Positions 1 through 9,696 of a stretch of 49,748 bases of DNA are shown here, piece after piece. The stretch is from the NCBI GenBank assembly GCA_038845975.1, contig JAWBQF010000018.1:1-49748 (forward strand), in the 5' to 3' direction. The position numbers were made by a program, and so were the translations under genes. Within the stretch, counting starts at the first letter, position 1; every line of letters starts with the position of its first letter. The notes beneath the pieces were generated by a model. That model was not told the origin of the DNA, searched no databases, and worked only from the letters and a program-made list of their open reading frames with translations. This stretch comes from Candidatus Methanomethylicia archaeon (GTDB lineage: Archaea > Thermoproteota > Methanomethylicia > CALHIW01).

Positions 1-333
1 CAACTTATTGATAAGGATCCTGTACAGGCTAGTGAAAAACTTTACAAGGTAGCTGAGGAAACAATTAAGGCTTTAGCAATACATTTCAAACTTACAGAAA
101 TCCTAGCGAAGGTTAATGAAAGAGGTAGATGGATAGCTAGCGAGCTTGATGATGTAGCTAGAATTGCCAGTAAGAAGCTAGGTGAATGGTTTTATGATGC
201 TTGGGATCATGCATGGACTTTACATGTATGGGGCTTTCATGAAGCTAAGCTTAATATTGAGGGTATTAAGGCTAGATATCCATATGTAGAGAGGATGGTG
301 ATGGAAATAAAGAGAATCATGAAGGGAAACTAA
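1..333 (+). CDS. PaREP1 family (HEPN-like) protein, 5'-truncated by the window edge
   Basis: Manual translation of frame 1: ...KDPVQASEKLYKVAEETIKALA...RGRW...WFYDAWDHAWTLHVWGFHEAKL..., TAA at 331-333. QASEKLYK and LHVWGFHE are PaREP1 signatures. Absent from the ORF track because it has no start codon in the window. Confidence 0.9.
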   Translation, partial: QLIDKDPVQASEKLYKVAEETIKALAIHFKLTEILAKVNERGRWIASELDDVARIASKKLGEWFYDAWDHAWTLHVWGFHEAKLNIEGIKARYPYVERMVMEIKRIMKGN

Positions 334-924
334 ATACTTCCTTAATAAGATTTTATGGTTTTCCTTCGATTTCTTTATGGATGTTTTTATCTTCTTCCAA
401 ATTGAGAATTCGCTTTGCATCGTTTAAATGTTGGAATGGATTTATCATGCTTATTGCTCTAGATATAGGCTTTACGAATATTAAAGATTATGAGGTTATA
501 AATGTTACTTAAAAGTTGTTTCTGTAAGTTATAAGATAGCGTTTAACAATAATACTAATATGATCTTCCATTATTTTAGGTTTAAGAGAAATGGTTTATA
601 ATCATATTCCTCTTCCTAAGCTTACGTAATAATGTCTTAGTTTAAGCTATTACTAATAGAGGTCTAACAACAGTCTTTAGAGTGTTAGGGAGTATTGCGT
701 TAGAGCTTAGGGATAGTTAAGCTGATTAAAGTAGAATAATAGCATTCTATTAAGCATTTATATAAGGTAAAAGTATTTAGGATATGTATATGTAAGTATG
801 GAGGTATAGTAGGCTGCAGTATTCATACTTGTTGGTAAAGCGAAATTATATTCTATCAAGTAATGTTAAGTCTGAAATAACTATTAAAATAATTAGGTTA
901 AGAAGGAAGCATATAAAATTTTAT

Positions 925-2007
925 TTAGGCTTTAAACTCTAGAAATTTAGATGCCTTCCTTAAATTACTGAATTTCATGATGTTTATTAAGTCAAGAGCA
1001 TTATTAAATTCTTTACCTTTTTCTCTTTCACTAACTATTTTGCTAGCTGTTTTAGGACCTATACCAGGCACTCTTAGCAGCTCATAGTAGTTAGCTTCAT
1101 TTACATTTATCGGGAATAAATCCCTTTTTACCATTGCATATATCTCCTTAATGTTTCCTCTAGGTAGGAATCCCTCATCATCCATTATATATTGGAAGTC
1201 ATTAATAGTGAATCCATAATCCCTCATTAAGTAGAACATTTGATATAGTGATTTCTCCCTTACTTTGGAGCAGCATGGATAGTTCTCTAGAGGAGTACCT
1301 GGTATGGGCTCGAATGGGGAGTAGTAAACTCTTGTAATCCTATAGCTTTTCATCAACTCATATGTTCTCTTCACAATTTCTAAATCATTCTCACCAAGCC
1401 CAACTATTATCTGAGTATCTAGTCCGCTTCTCACTAGGCCGTAGCCTTCATTAAATTCCCTTCTTGAACTATCGAGCTGCTCATAAACCATCCTACACCA
1501 CTCTAACCTCTTCAATATATCGTTATTGAAGGAACCCTTATCCGGACATATCTCATTGAATCTCGATGCTTCAGTAGCCTCAATATTTACACCAATTCTA
1601 TCAGAAACAGTAGCTGCTCTAAATATATTGTCAAAGCTGCTTCCAGGCATTACCCTAAGATGTATATATCCTGTAAAACCCATCATCCTAAGCTTTTCAG
1701 CAACCTCTATCTCCCTCATTAAAGCATCATCAGGATCCCCATCCACTGAGGAGCTGAGGAAAACACCGTGAATAATCGATTTCCTCCATAACTCGTAGGA
1801 TACTCTTACAAGCTTATCTAAATCCCATCTTCCCCTTAAAGTATTCCTATCTCTTCTAAAAGCACAGTATAGACAATTATTCCTACAAATATTTGAAACT
1901 AAGGTCTTAAGAAGAGGTATTAATCTACCTCTAGCTGAAGCCTTAAAGATAGGTATAACCGTACGATCATATTTAGAGCCGTCAATAAGATAGCTCCACT
2001 TACCCAT
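925..2007 (-). CDS. Radical SAM protein with C-terminal helix-hairpin-helix (putative DNA modification/repair radical SAM)
   Basis: CxxxCxxC motif (CRNNCLYC), FLSS and YIHL motifs, RVYYSPF, and C-terminal INVNEA..ELLRVPGIGPKTA HhH. Confidence 0.85.
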   Translation of the reverse strand: MGKWSYLIDGSKYDRTVIPIFKASARGRLIPLLKTLVSNICRNNCLYCAFRRDRNTLRGRWDLDKLVRVSYELWRKSIIHGVFLSSSVDGDPDDALMREIEVAEKLRMMGFTGYIHLRVMPGSSFDNIFRAATVSDRIGVNIEATEASRFNEICPDKGSFNNDILKRLEWCRMVYEQLDSSRREFNEGYGLVRSGLDTQIIVGLGENDLEIVKRTYELMKSYRITRVYYSPFEPIPGTPLENYPCCSKVREKSLYQMFYLMRDYGFTINDFQYIMDDEGFLPRGNIKEIYAMVKRDLFPINVNEANYYELLRVPGIGPKTASKIVSEREKGKEFNNALDLINIMKFSNLRKASKFLEFKA

Positions 2008-2111
2008 TGAATACTATTATCTTAATAGCTTAAAAACCTATAGGTATTAAGATGATGTAGCAACTTAATAAGTATATAACTCTAGTATTTGATGTTTACG
2101 TTGGTATTAAG

Positions 2112-2775
2112 GGACGTGGCAACTTAAGGTTTAGTTACGTATTTCCGTTATTTATCTTATGTTTGGCATTAGGAATATTGTTAAGCGCTTCCTATTTGAG
2201 AGATATCCATTTGGGCTTAAGGTTCTTAGTTTTGTCTTCTATGTCCAATTATCTTAGGAGGACTGCTAGGACATTGTCAAAGTGTAAAAGGGCTTTTTAA
2301 ATATCTGTTTGGGGTTGTTAATTTGAAGAGTTGCCTAAGTCTCTTCATGGATGTTAAGCCTAAGCGTTTTATAGTAGTTGATGAGATGTACGTTAAGGCG
2401 AACAACCTAGCTATGTTTTTCTCAGCCATGAATATCAATAGGAATGAGATCGTGTATGCTACCCATCCAGGAACATGCTTATAGTCAGGTCATTATTTAG
2501 CCTTAAAGCTATGTAATGGAAAACGAAGTTTATAGTGGATATCCATGACTTAAAGCATTAATTATCTTGGACTATTACTATCAAACCTTCAGCGAAAAAA
2601 CCTTGCGGAATTCTCATCGCTAAGCAGAGGATAAGAACATTTTCAACAACATAATGATAAACCCAAATATAACGAAGGAATGAAGTGGAGAAGAAACGTG
2701 GGATCTAGAACCTACTATGACATGTTCACATATTACTACAACCACTTAAGAAGGTAACCTTAAGCTGCCACGTTC
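2112..2775 (+). mobile_element. Degenerate IS6-family element with a pseudo-transposase
   Basis: 20-bp terminal IRs GGACGTGGCAACTTAAGGTT (2112-2131) and AACCTTAAGCTGCCACGTTC (2756-2775), 2 mismatches. Internal remnant KRFIVVDEMYVK resembles the first IS6 DDE motif. No intact ORF and no target duplication recognised. Confidence 0.75.
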
Positions 2776-2860
2776 TGCGCTAATCTATAAATAGATGCTT
2801 AACCGTTAACATATTCAAAACTAATCTTATGGAGACGTTTGAACTTTACAATTTATATAT

Positions 2861-2945
2861 GAGTCTGTCTGAAAACTCCATAGTTAATTAGTAGATATTA
2901 ACCTATTAAGTCTTAGCAACATTTAAAGAGTTTTCAGATGAATTC
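2861..2945. mobile_element. 85-bp MITE-like element
   Basis: IRs GAGTCTGTCTGAAAACTC ... GAGTTTTCAGATGAATTC, TAT on both flanks, and a homologous reversed partial copy at 10547-10600. Confidence 0.6.
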
Positions 2946-3324
2946 TATGCTAATTCATTATTTAGGTTCAATTTCGTTTATTCAGAATTTAAATGTTATT
3001 AAGCTTATGAAGTCATGATTACCATTACATATAGGAGTGATTTACATAATATTCTTATTCTACGCAATTAGTAAACCCAATATTTAGCTTAATACTTTGA
3101 TTTATGATTTAATTTGAAATCTTCAAGTATATAAATATGCCATCAATATAATCCTAATGCTAATGTTTCCTAACAATCTTATCCATGTGGAGAATCTAAG
3201 TACTCGTAATACTTACGTCTTTCCATTAGCCTTATGATCCTTATTTACATATATTCCCTATTAACCTCCATATTAGACTCTAATTCTCCTCACATCTAGA
3301 AATAAACTATAAAAATATTGAAGT

Positions 3325-4545
3325 TTATCGTTTCCATGATAGCCATGCTTCATATGATGTGTAGTCGCAGTTATGAGGCCATATGTATAATGTATCGCTA
3401 TACCAGCTATAAACGTTTATAACTCTTACTCTAGGTGGTGCATAACCATTTCCACCTGCAGCTCTATAGAGAGTTATTGTTACTGATACTGGATAAACTT
3501 CTCCTCCAATAGTGAATGTAAGGGAAACATCGGTATTCATCCATGAAGTATTATCATTAGGATCGTTTTCAAAGGACATAGAGTATGGTAATGAAGTACT
3601 TTGAGTTATAGTAGTAGCGCATGTTGGTGGGGGCCATGGACCTATTCCTCTATAGGTGTTTGTAGCTTGTAGGTAGTGGTCTTCTATGTATATTGGGTCT
3701 AGATGATATATCGTATAGTGCATTTCAGGACCAGTTATTACCTGCCACCATAATCTATATCTAATATTAGCCCAAATTATATGGTCATATGGGCTCCCTA
3801 AGGTTCCTTCATCTCCTCCAAATGTTGATATCGCTATTCCTCTTCCTTCTGTGTTGGTACGTATGTTTGATAGGCAATCTATTGTCTGAGTATATGATTT
3901 GAAGTATTGTCCTGTTCGTGTAGGGTAGTCGTCATATCTCCATGCAATGTTAACGTAGGATATTCCATGTATTATTCCTGCTTTAGTCCATTCATTGTCT
4001 TCAGAGTATGATGATGTGAGTTGGCATGGTAGATTGCTTGGTAGTCCTTGAGTTAATAGCTCAGGCTTAACCATATCCTTCAACTCAGGCTTAATCGTTA
4101 TCGTCGTTATTGGGTTTTTAGGATCTATGAATAGATCTGTTGTTGATGCTCTCTTATTAGCAATATCTATCAACAATATCCTAATATGTCTTGTTAAATA
4201 TTTTGTCTCTCCATCTTCAACAGCGTATGGTATTCTCTTGATCTTAAAGCTAATTCTATCTGGTAGATTAGCTATACTGTTAAAAAGTTCTAATACTCTT
4301 GGAACAGGCTCCTTAACCTCGTAGTTATCAGGAGATAAATCATAAGCTACAACTATGTACGTACTTAAAGGTACATTAAAATCTATACTTAATAATCCTG
4401 AAGGCTTATTATTAATCCAATCCATGAATAGAGACCATAGATTAGGATCGAAACCATTAACACCAAATAAACCCATAGGAACAAGCGAAATCGTAAGCAA
4501 TAATAGAATCGGTAAGAAAATCTTTGCAGCTCCAGATTTGTCCAT
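3325..4545 (-). CDS. Hypothetical secreted or membrane-anchored protein
   Basis: ~406-aa ORF; SD-like GGGTGGTG before ATG 4545; N-terminal hydrophobic signal segment; T/Y/W-rich C-terminal half. Confidence 0.75.
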   Translation of the reverse strand: MDKSGAAKIFLPILLLLTISLVPMGLFGVNGFDPNLWSLFMDWINNKPSGLLSIDFNVPLSTYIVVAYDLSPDNYEVKEPVPRVLELFNSIANLPDRISFKIKRIPYAVEDGETKYLTRHIRILLIDIANKRASTTDLFIDPKNPITTITIKPELKDMVKPELLTQGLPSNLPCQLTSSYSEDNEWTKAGIIHGISYVNIAWRYDDYPTRTGQYFKSYTQTIDCLSNIRTNTEGRGIAISTFGGDEGTLGSPYDHIIWANIRYRLWWQVITGPEMHYTIYHLDPIYIEDHYLQATNTYRGIGPWPPPTCATTITQSTSLPYSMSFENDPNDNTSWMNTDVSLTFTIGGEVYPVSVTITLYRAAGGNGYAPPRVRVINVYSWYSDTLYIWPHNCDYTSYEAWLSWKR

Positions 4546-4680
4546 ACCTAACACCACCCTATTCTATAATATAGGACAATAATATAAATTTTCTTGAAAA
4601 AATTCAGATAGGAATCTAATTCAAGATATGAAATAGAAATACCTTATTTAAGCTCCATCGACCCTCCTATACTTAAGGAT

Positions 4681-4730
4681 GAGCCTAACAACTTAAGAAG
4701 AAAGTTACAATATGCTAAGTTGCCAAGTCC
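4681..4730. repeat. 50-bp micro-MITE-like element with IS6-like ends (copy 1)
   Basis: Right end read on the - strand (GGACTTGGCAACTTAG) matches the 2112 IS6 IR; 37/50 ungapped identity to the reversed copy at 6472-6521. Confidence 0.6.
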
Positions 4731-5062
4731 ATATTAGGCTTAGTTAAGGATTCTGGGGAAATAGGATTCTATTAGAAGTTAAGATGCTTGTATAGCTTTC
4801 AGATTCAGATGCTTAAGAAGAGTTTAGGGTATTATGAATCATAATATATGGGTAACTAATAACACATAGATAAGCTAAGCATTAATTCATTAGGATTCTG
4901 AAGAGCCTATAGCTCTAGAGATGGTAGTTTAGAATCTTCTTACAAATAGTTAAGCCATAAGATAAGTCTTACGTAGATTGCTAATGTTTAGTTTTACTCT
5001 AAGCTTATCTAAATTTATGCTTATAATAGCTAAAATTAGAAATCTACTAGTTTTACGCTTCT

Positions 5063-5680
5063 CTACATTATTATGCTTCTCGCTATTGTTTCTACTCCTA
5101 GCTCTCTACATTTATCATATGCCTCCTTATCAAATGCTACTGCAATAATTATCATTTTGAATTTTTCTTTAAGTGTTTTTTCAGCATATATTGTCTTCCT
5201 ATAGAATTTCAATACATCATCAAGTCTACATCTTGACTTAACTTCTACAAGAATCTTCTCATCATCGCTTAGGTAGACATCAAATCTTATTTCTGCCGGA
5301 ATACCGAAAACCTCCCCCTTCTCATCCATTAATGACAGCTTACTAGCCTTACTAATCCTCAATCCTTTAACCTCAGCTATAGTCTTCATAACGACATCCT
5401 CAAATCCATATCCAAACCTTTCACCTAAAGCAGAAACCTCAAGCCTTAAATCCCTCAAACAAGCCTCCATACTCTCAAATCTCTTATTAAACTCCTCAAA
5501 TCTCTTATTAAATTCTTCAAATCTCTTATTAAATTCTTCAAATCCTTCCTTCATGTATGTCGCTAGGGATTCTATTGCTTTAGCCATCTCCTTCATTTCT
5601 CTAGTTCTAGATTTTTTTACTACTTTTTTAATTATCTTCTCTACGTCACTCCATGTAATTTCAGTCTTAGCTGAAGACAT
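5063..5680 (-). CDS. Coiled-coil protein with C-terminal PD-(D/E)XK nuclease domain (DUF3782/DUF1626-like)
   Basis: Heptad repeats (EEFNKRF)x3, ALGERFG, FD..., LVEVKS nuclease motif, ELGVETI end; start placed at ATG 5680, downstream of a TTTAAA TATA-like box. Confidence 0.85.
   Translation of the reverse strand: MSSAKTEITWSDVEKIIKKVVKKSRTREMKEMAKAIESLATYMKEGFEEFNKRFEEFNKRFEEFNKRFESMEACLRDLRLEVSALGERFGYGFEDVVMKTIAEVKGLRISKASKLSLMDEKGEVFGIPAEIRFDVYLSDDEKILVEVKSRCRLDDVLKFYRKTIYAEKTLKEKFKMIIIAVAFDKEAYDKCRELGVETIARSIIM
5474..5544. repeat. In-frame 21-bp tandem repeat (~3.4 units) encoding heptads
   Basis: Unit ~TCAAATCTCTTATTAAA(C/T)TC(C/T), near-identical copies. Confidence 0.9.
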
Positions 5681-6224
5681 AAAAGTAAGAATAAGCAACA
5701 ACATTTAAACCTTACGTTAAATAACACATTCAACTTGTTGTGGAGCTCATCACTGTTTCCTAAGGTAAATCGATGAAGATTAAACAAATGGTCAGATATG
5801 CCCGGTTAAGTAAGAGTATATTATTAAACTATATACTCCTCATATCTAGATTGTCTTCTTTACAGAGCTGATGAGAAACATGTTTGCTTACTCATAAGTT
5901 CTTATTAACCTTTAATTGTAGGGAGAATCGGTGAAGCAATAATAATTAATATTCATTATCCCTCCAACCTAAGCTTGCTTATGGCTTCCTAACTTAGTGA
6001 TTATAGTAATAGTTTGATGAAGCTATTGAATATGTTTAATAAAGTTATTTACCATTAATCCATTAATACGTACAATCTAAGTTAATGGAAGGCATTCATT
6101 TAATTGTAAAATTTATTTATTGAGTATATAATCCTAATGATGGTAGGAGTTGGTGGATATTTAGGAAGTATAGTGGAGTCCTATGAAGTTCGGATTAGCT
6201 AGTGTTAACATAAAAAGTTTGTGT

Positions 6225-6413
6225 TTATGAAGAAATTCTTGAAGCTTGCTCTCCACTAATACCCCAATTGTTTTTCGGTACTTCATGAATTATTATATGT
6301 ACATGTTCAGGCTTAACGCCTATATCCTCAAAAACCTTTGTTATCCCCTTTATAACTAGTCTCTTCTGCTCCTCCGTTCTACCACTCCACATTTCAACAA
6401 TCACTACAGGTAT
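6225..6413 (-). CDS. 4-oxalocrotonate tautomerase family protein (probable ATA start)
   Basis: PVVIVEMWSGRTEEQKRLVIKGIT...VHIIIHEVPKNNWGISG is a typical 4-OT sequence; SD GGTGGT lies 4 nt before ATA-CCT. Confidence 0.9.
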   Translation of the reverse strand: MPVVIVEMWSGRTEEQKRLVIKGITKVFEDIGVKPEHVHIIIHEVPKNNWGISGEQASRISS

Positions 6414-6471
6414 GCTTACCACCAAATAGATAGTTATTCTACTAAAATATAATATTAACTATAAAATTAAA

Positions 6472-6521
6472 TGATGTAGTAACTTAGCATATCATAGGTT
6501 TCTTCTTAAGTTATTAAGTTT
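6472..6521. repeat. 50-bp micro-MITE-like element (copy 2, reversed)
   Basis: Homologous to the reverse complement of 4681-4730; flanks AAATTAAA and AAATTAAG are a possible 8-bp TSD. Confidence 0.55.
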
Positions 6522-7123
6522 AAATTAAGCATTATGTGAATTAATTTTATTTAGGGTTCTCCTACCTATGGTGGAGTTAGGTTAAGTCGCCTAAGTTTGT
6601 TGGGGAGGGGAACCCATTTATTCTTGTGTTATGGTATCTATATTTCATTTATTTAATTAATTAGTAGTAGTCCATAGACTATTATAATAGAGTACTTAAG
6701 AGGGAAATATTTTAGAAAATTTTGATTGAGGGTATAGCTGAGCTAATTAGAGTATTTACATGAATTTTGTTGAAGAAACCATTAAGAAGAAGGAAATTAT
6801 AGTCTATAGAAAAGTTTAAAGTATTATTTTGTTTGTGGTTTAAATTTTAAATTTGAATTTAAGTGAAATACGGGAAATAAGTATTAAGTATAGGGCTGTT
6901 TAAGTGATTTGTAAAGAAGAGAGTTGCTAAGCTGAGCAGCATTGGAATTAGTTAAGGAATATTCAGTAAAGACTTACCATGATAAAATTTTCTAACCTTC
7001 ATATTGGGGTGATTTAAAGCATCTTCCAATCTAAGGCTTAGATAAATATCTGTAAGCACTTAGATTTCCACTTATCCTTAAGATAGGACAATATCTTTCA
7101 TCCCCAATAACTTAGAAATTACA

Positions 7124-8161
7124 CTATTCATTTCCAAATTTCTTCAGTAGCTTTAATAGGATATCTCTATATATTGGTATCTGCCATCCAAAATCCTCTC
7201 CAATACCGACTTCCTTATCGGGTTTAAAGTCATTACTTACAGCTAACGTAATACCTGTACGCATGAATAGATTTGTCTCTACAAGGATATCTATAAGTGT
7301 AAGCATAGATTCTGTAGGGGTTTTAAAGCCGTTATCAGGATTATTGATTAGAGCTTTAAGCTCCTCAGTTAGACCTTTAGAGTATATTATGGTAGCAACA
7401 TCTTTCAGCTTTCCAGTATATATTTTCACCATGCTTTCTAAATCCCATCTAAAATCTTTAGCTAGCTCAACTAGCTTTCCAGGATTTCCGCCGAGAAGAT
7501 TCCAAACATCATCAATTTTTATGTTTGGAGGGGGAGTTAACTCGTAGAAGAGTTCTTCAAAGGATTTCTTGTCAAGATTCCATATAAATTTTGGATGAGT
7601 ATGTCTATGCCTAAAGATAAGCTTAAGGCTTTTCCCTTCAGATGTAGTCACTATAAAGTTTATTGCTTTCGGCTTATACTCCTCCTCAAGCTTCCATTTA
7701 AGCTCATAAAGCCACTTAACATAATGCTCCACCCTATCTAATCCAATTGCTCTTACAACATCATCTATAATAATGAGAATATGCTTATTTTTAAGGCTTC
7801 TCCTGAAGGCTTTCTCAGCAATTTTATCGATAATCAGTGAAATAGATCTTGATAAAGCATGACCGAGTGGAATACTCTGATGAAGGAGATCCATATATGC
7901 CTCTAAACCAATTTTGGAAATATCAATTAACATAGATGACGTTAAAGCCTTCTTAACATCTCTATCTTCAAGAGCATCAATATATACTGCTACACCATCC
8001 GTAAAGAAATCATTAAACCTCTTAACAAACTCTCTTAAAAGCCTAGTTTTACCGCATCCCTCAGGACCGTAAATATATAGTGGAGTTGCTCTAGATTCTG
8101 ACGCCCAGTCTTTAAAAGCTTCAACCTCCCTAACTCGATTAATAAATCTTAATTCAGACAT
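7124..8161 (-). CDS. Archaeal ATPase (AAA+/STAND-like, COG1672-type)
   Basis: FINRVREV N-terminus, Walker A YGPEGCGKT, Walker B IIIDD, GGNP motif. Confidence 0.9.
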   Translation of the reverse strand: MSELRFINRVREVEAFKDWASESRATPLYIYGPEGCGKTRLLREFVKRFNDFFTDGVAVYIDALEDRDVKKALTSSMLIDISKIGLEAYMDLLHQSIPLGHALSRSISLIIDKIAEKAFRRSLKNKHILIIIDDVVRAIGLDRVEHYVKWLYELKWKLEEEYKPKAINFIVTTSEGKSLKLIFRHRHTHPKFIWNLDKKSFEELFYELTPPPNIKIDDVWNLLGGNPGKLVELAKDFRWDLESMVKIYTGKLKDVATIIYSKGLTEELKALINNPDNGFKTPTESMLTLIDILVETNLFMRTGITLAVSNDFKPDKEVGIGEDFGWQIPIYRDILLKLLKKFGNE

Positions 8162-8224
8162 TAACTATCACTACTATCTAACTACTATATTATTAAACTT
8201 TATAGTTTAAAATGGTTTTAAATA

Positions 8225-8393
8225 AATTCTAGCTCCCACCAATCTTCTTTCTAGCTTCATCATAAACTTTCTAAACTCTTTACTGTAAGCCATAACCTTA
8301 CAATCTTTAACAACTACATACATGCTAGAGTACTTACTCTACATCTCAGAGTGATAGGAGTTCACATTCAAAATCCTCAATTGCCTTAGACAT
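8225..8393 (-). pseudogene. Remnant of a small DUF5678-like protein
   Basis: Fragments across frameshifts and a stop: MSKAIEDFE / NSYHSEM*SKYSSMYVVVKDCKV / AYSKE / VYDEARKKIG. Confidence 0.5.
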
Positions 8394-9056
8394 TCAAACT
8401 ACTAAATAATTAGCCTATATACTTAAATCTTTGTAAGGGAATGCTGCTTTATAAACTTAAGCCATTAACTATATGTATCCTACTCTATTCATGGAATCCG
8501 TCATAACATACTAATTTCCCTTTAACTTTATGTGAGCTGACTTTACCACATCATAGCTCCTCATTATCCTGTTAACTTTTAATATCGTTCCTATCATTTC
8601 TTGTGAGGAGATTTATTTTATCTACGTCTTTAATTTCATTTTCATATTAATTGTTATTGATGGGTATGTTCTTATCCAGCTGTGGTATATATGAATACAT
8701 CATAGCATGCTTTAATGGCTTCCTAACCTACTTTATGTTTAATCATACTTCGGTGCTGTGAACTTAAAATGTAGGAAACATATGTAGCTGATGACTTAAC
8801 CTCACAAAGCCCATACTTCTAGCAAAATCCCTAAATTTTCATTAGCTCTCAATTTGCATTTATTAACTTGATGGCGTTTCAATCCATTAGCTTAGCTGTA
8901 TAGCATCGTAGAAATCAGTAATAACAATTTTAAACATTTTATTAAAGAGCGTTATTGAAGAAACCCCACTATTCCTATTATGATGTTTATGTATTGGCCA
9001 ATTATAAATAGTTTTTGAGTTTAGGCTTTATGTAAGGTAAAGAATAAATCTATAAC

Positions 9057-9696
9057 TTATGATGCTACTGGCTTCATGCTCTCCACGATCTTTACCACTT
9101 CATCTAAATCAAATATTGGAGCAATACAATACTGATAGTTTAATATACCTATAGTTTAATATACCTATCTTTACATCTGCAATTATACAGTAGTGCCCAT
9201 ACTTCTTATTATACTCTCCATACGGATCCCAATATGGAGCTCTAGTATCTAGAAATACATCTAAACCATTTACCTTAATCATTTTCTGTTCTGAGCTATT
9301 TGTAAAACGCTATGGAAATGATGGGAGAGGCTCAACCTCCACTGTAAGCTCAGCTGAATAGATCTTCTTGGTACCCGTATTACTATATACAACGATAATT
9401 ATGTTTCCCACCTCACCATTAAGAACCTTAGCATAAACAGCCGTTAACTTTAGGCCTTTAGGAAGATATGTAGGTAGGTGGAGGATCCATCCTCTCTTCA
9501 TCCACTGCTTAACAACAACATCAATACTAACCTCCTCAGCAATCTTATCAAATGGAACAGGGCCAATTACAATTCTAGTATTTGTTTCCGTATTTTGGTT
9601 TAGGGACTGCATGCCCACTGTAATACAGTAAGCTAGGGAGATAGCTATAATTAGCCCTACTAGAAGAAGAACAGTAAATATTCTCATATCAATCAT
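9057..9696 (-). pseudogene. Membrane-anchored hypothetical protein (DUF4367-like), disrupted
   Basis: ORF 9310..9696 continues in frame past TAG 9310-9312. Removing one copy of the 16-bp tandem duplication (9135-9166) gives a 207-aa product ending FDLDEVVKIVESMKPVAS*; contains LPTYLPKG. Confidence 0.75.

Noticed and set aside
220-420. 66-aa minus-strand ORF
   Set aside because: Overlaps the PaREP1 gene on the opposite strand and has no recognisable motif
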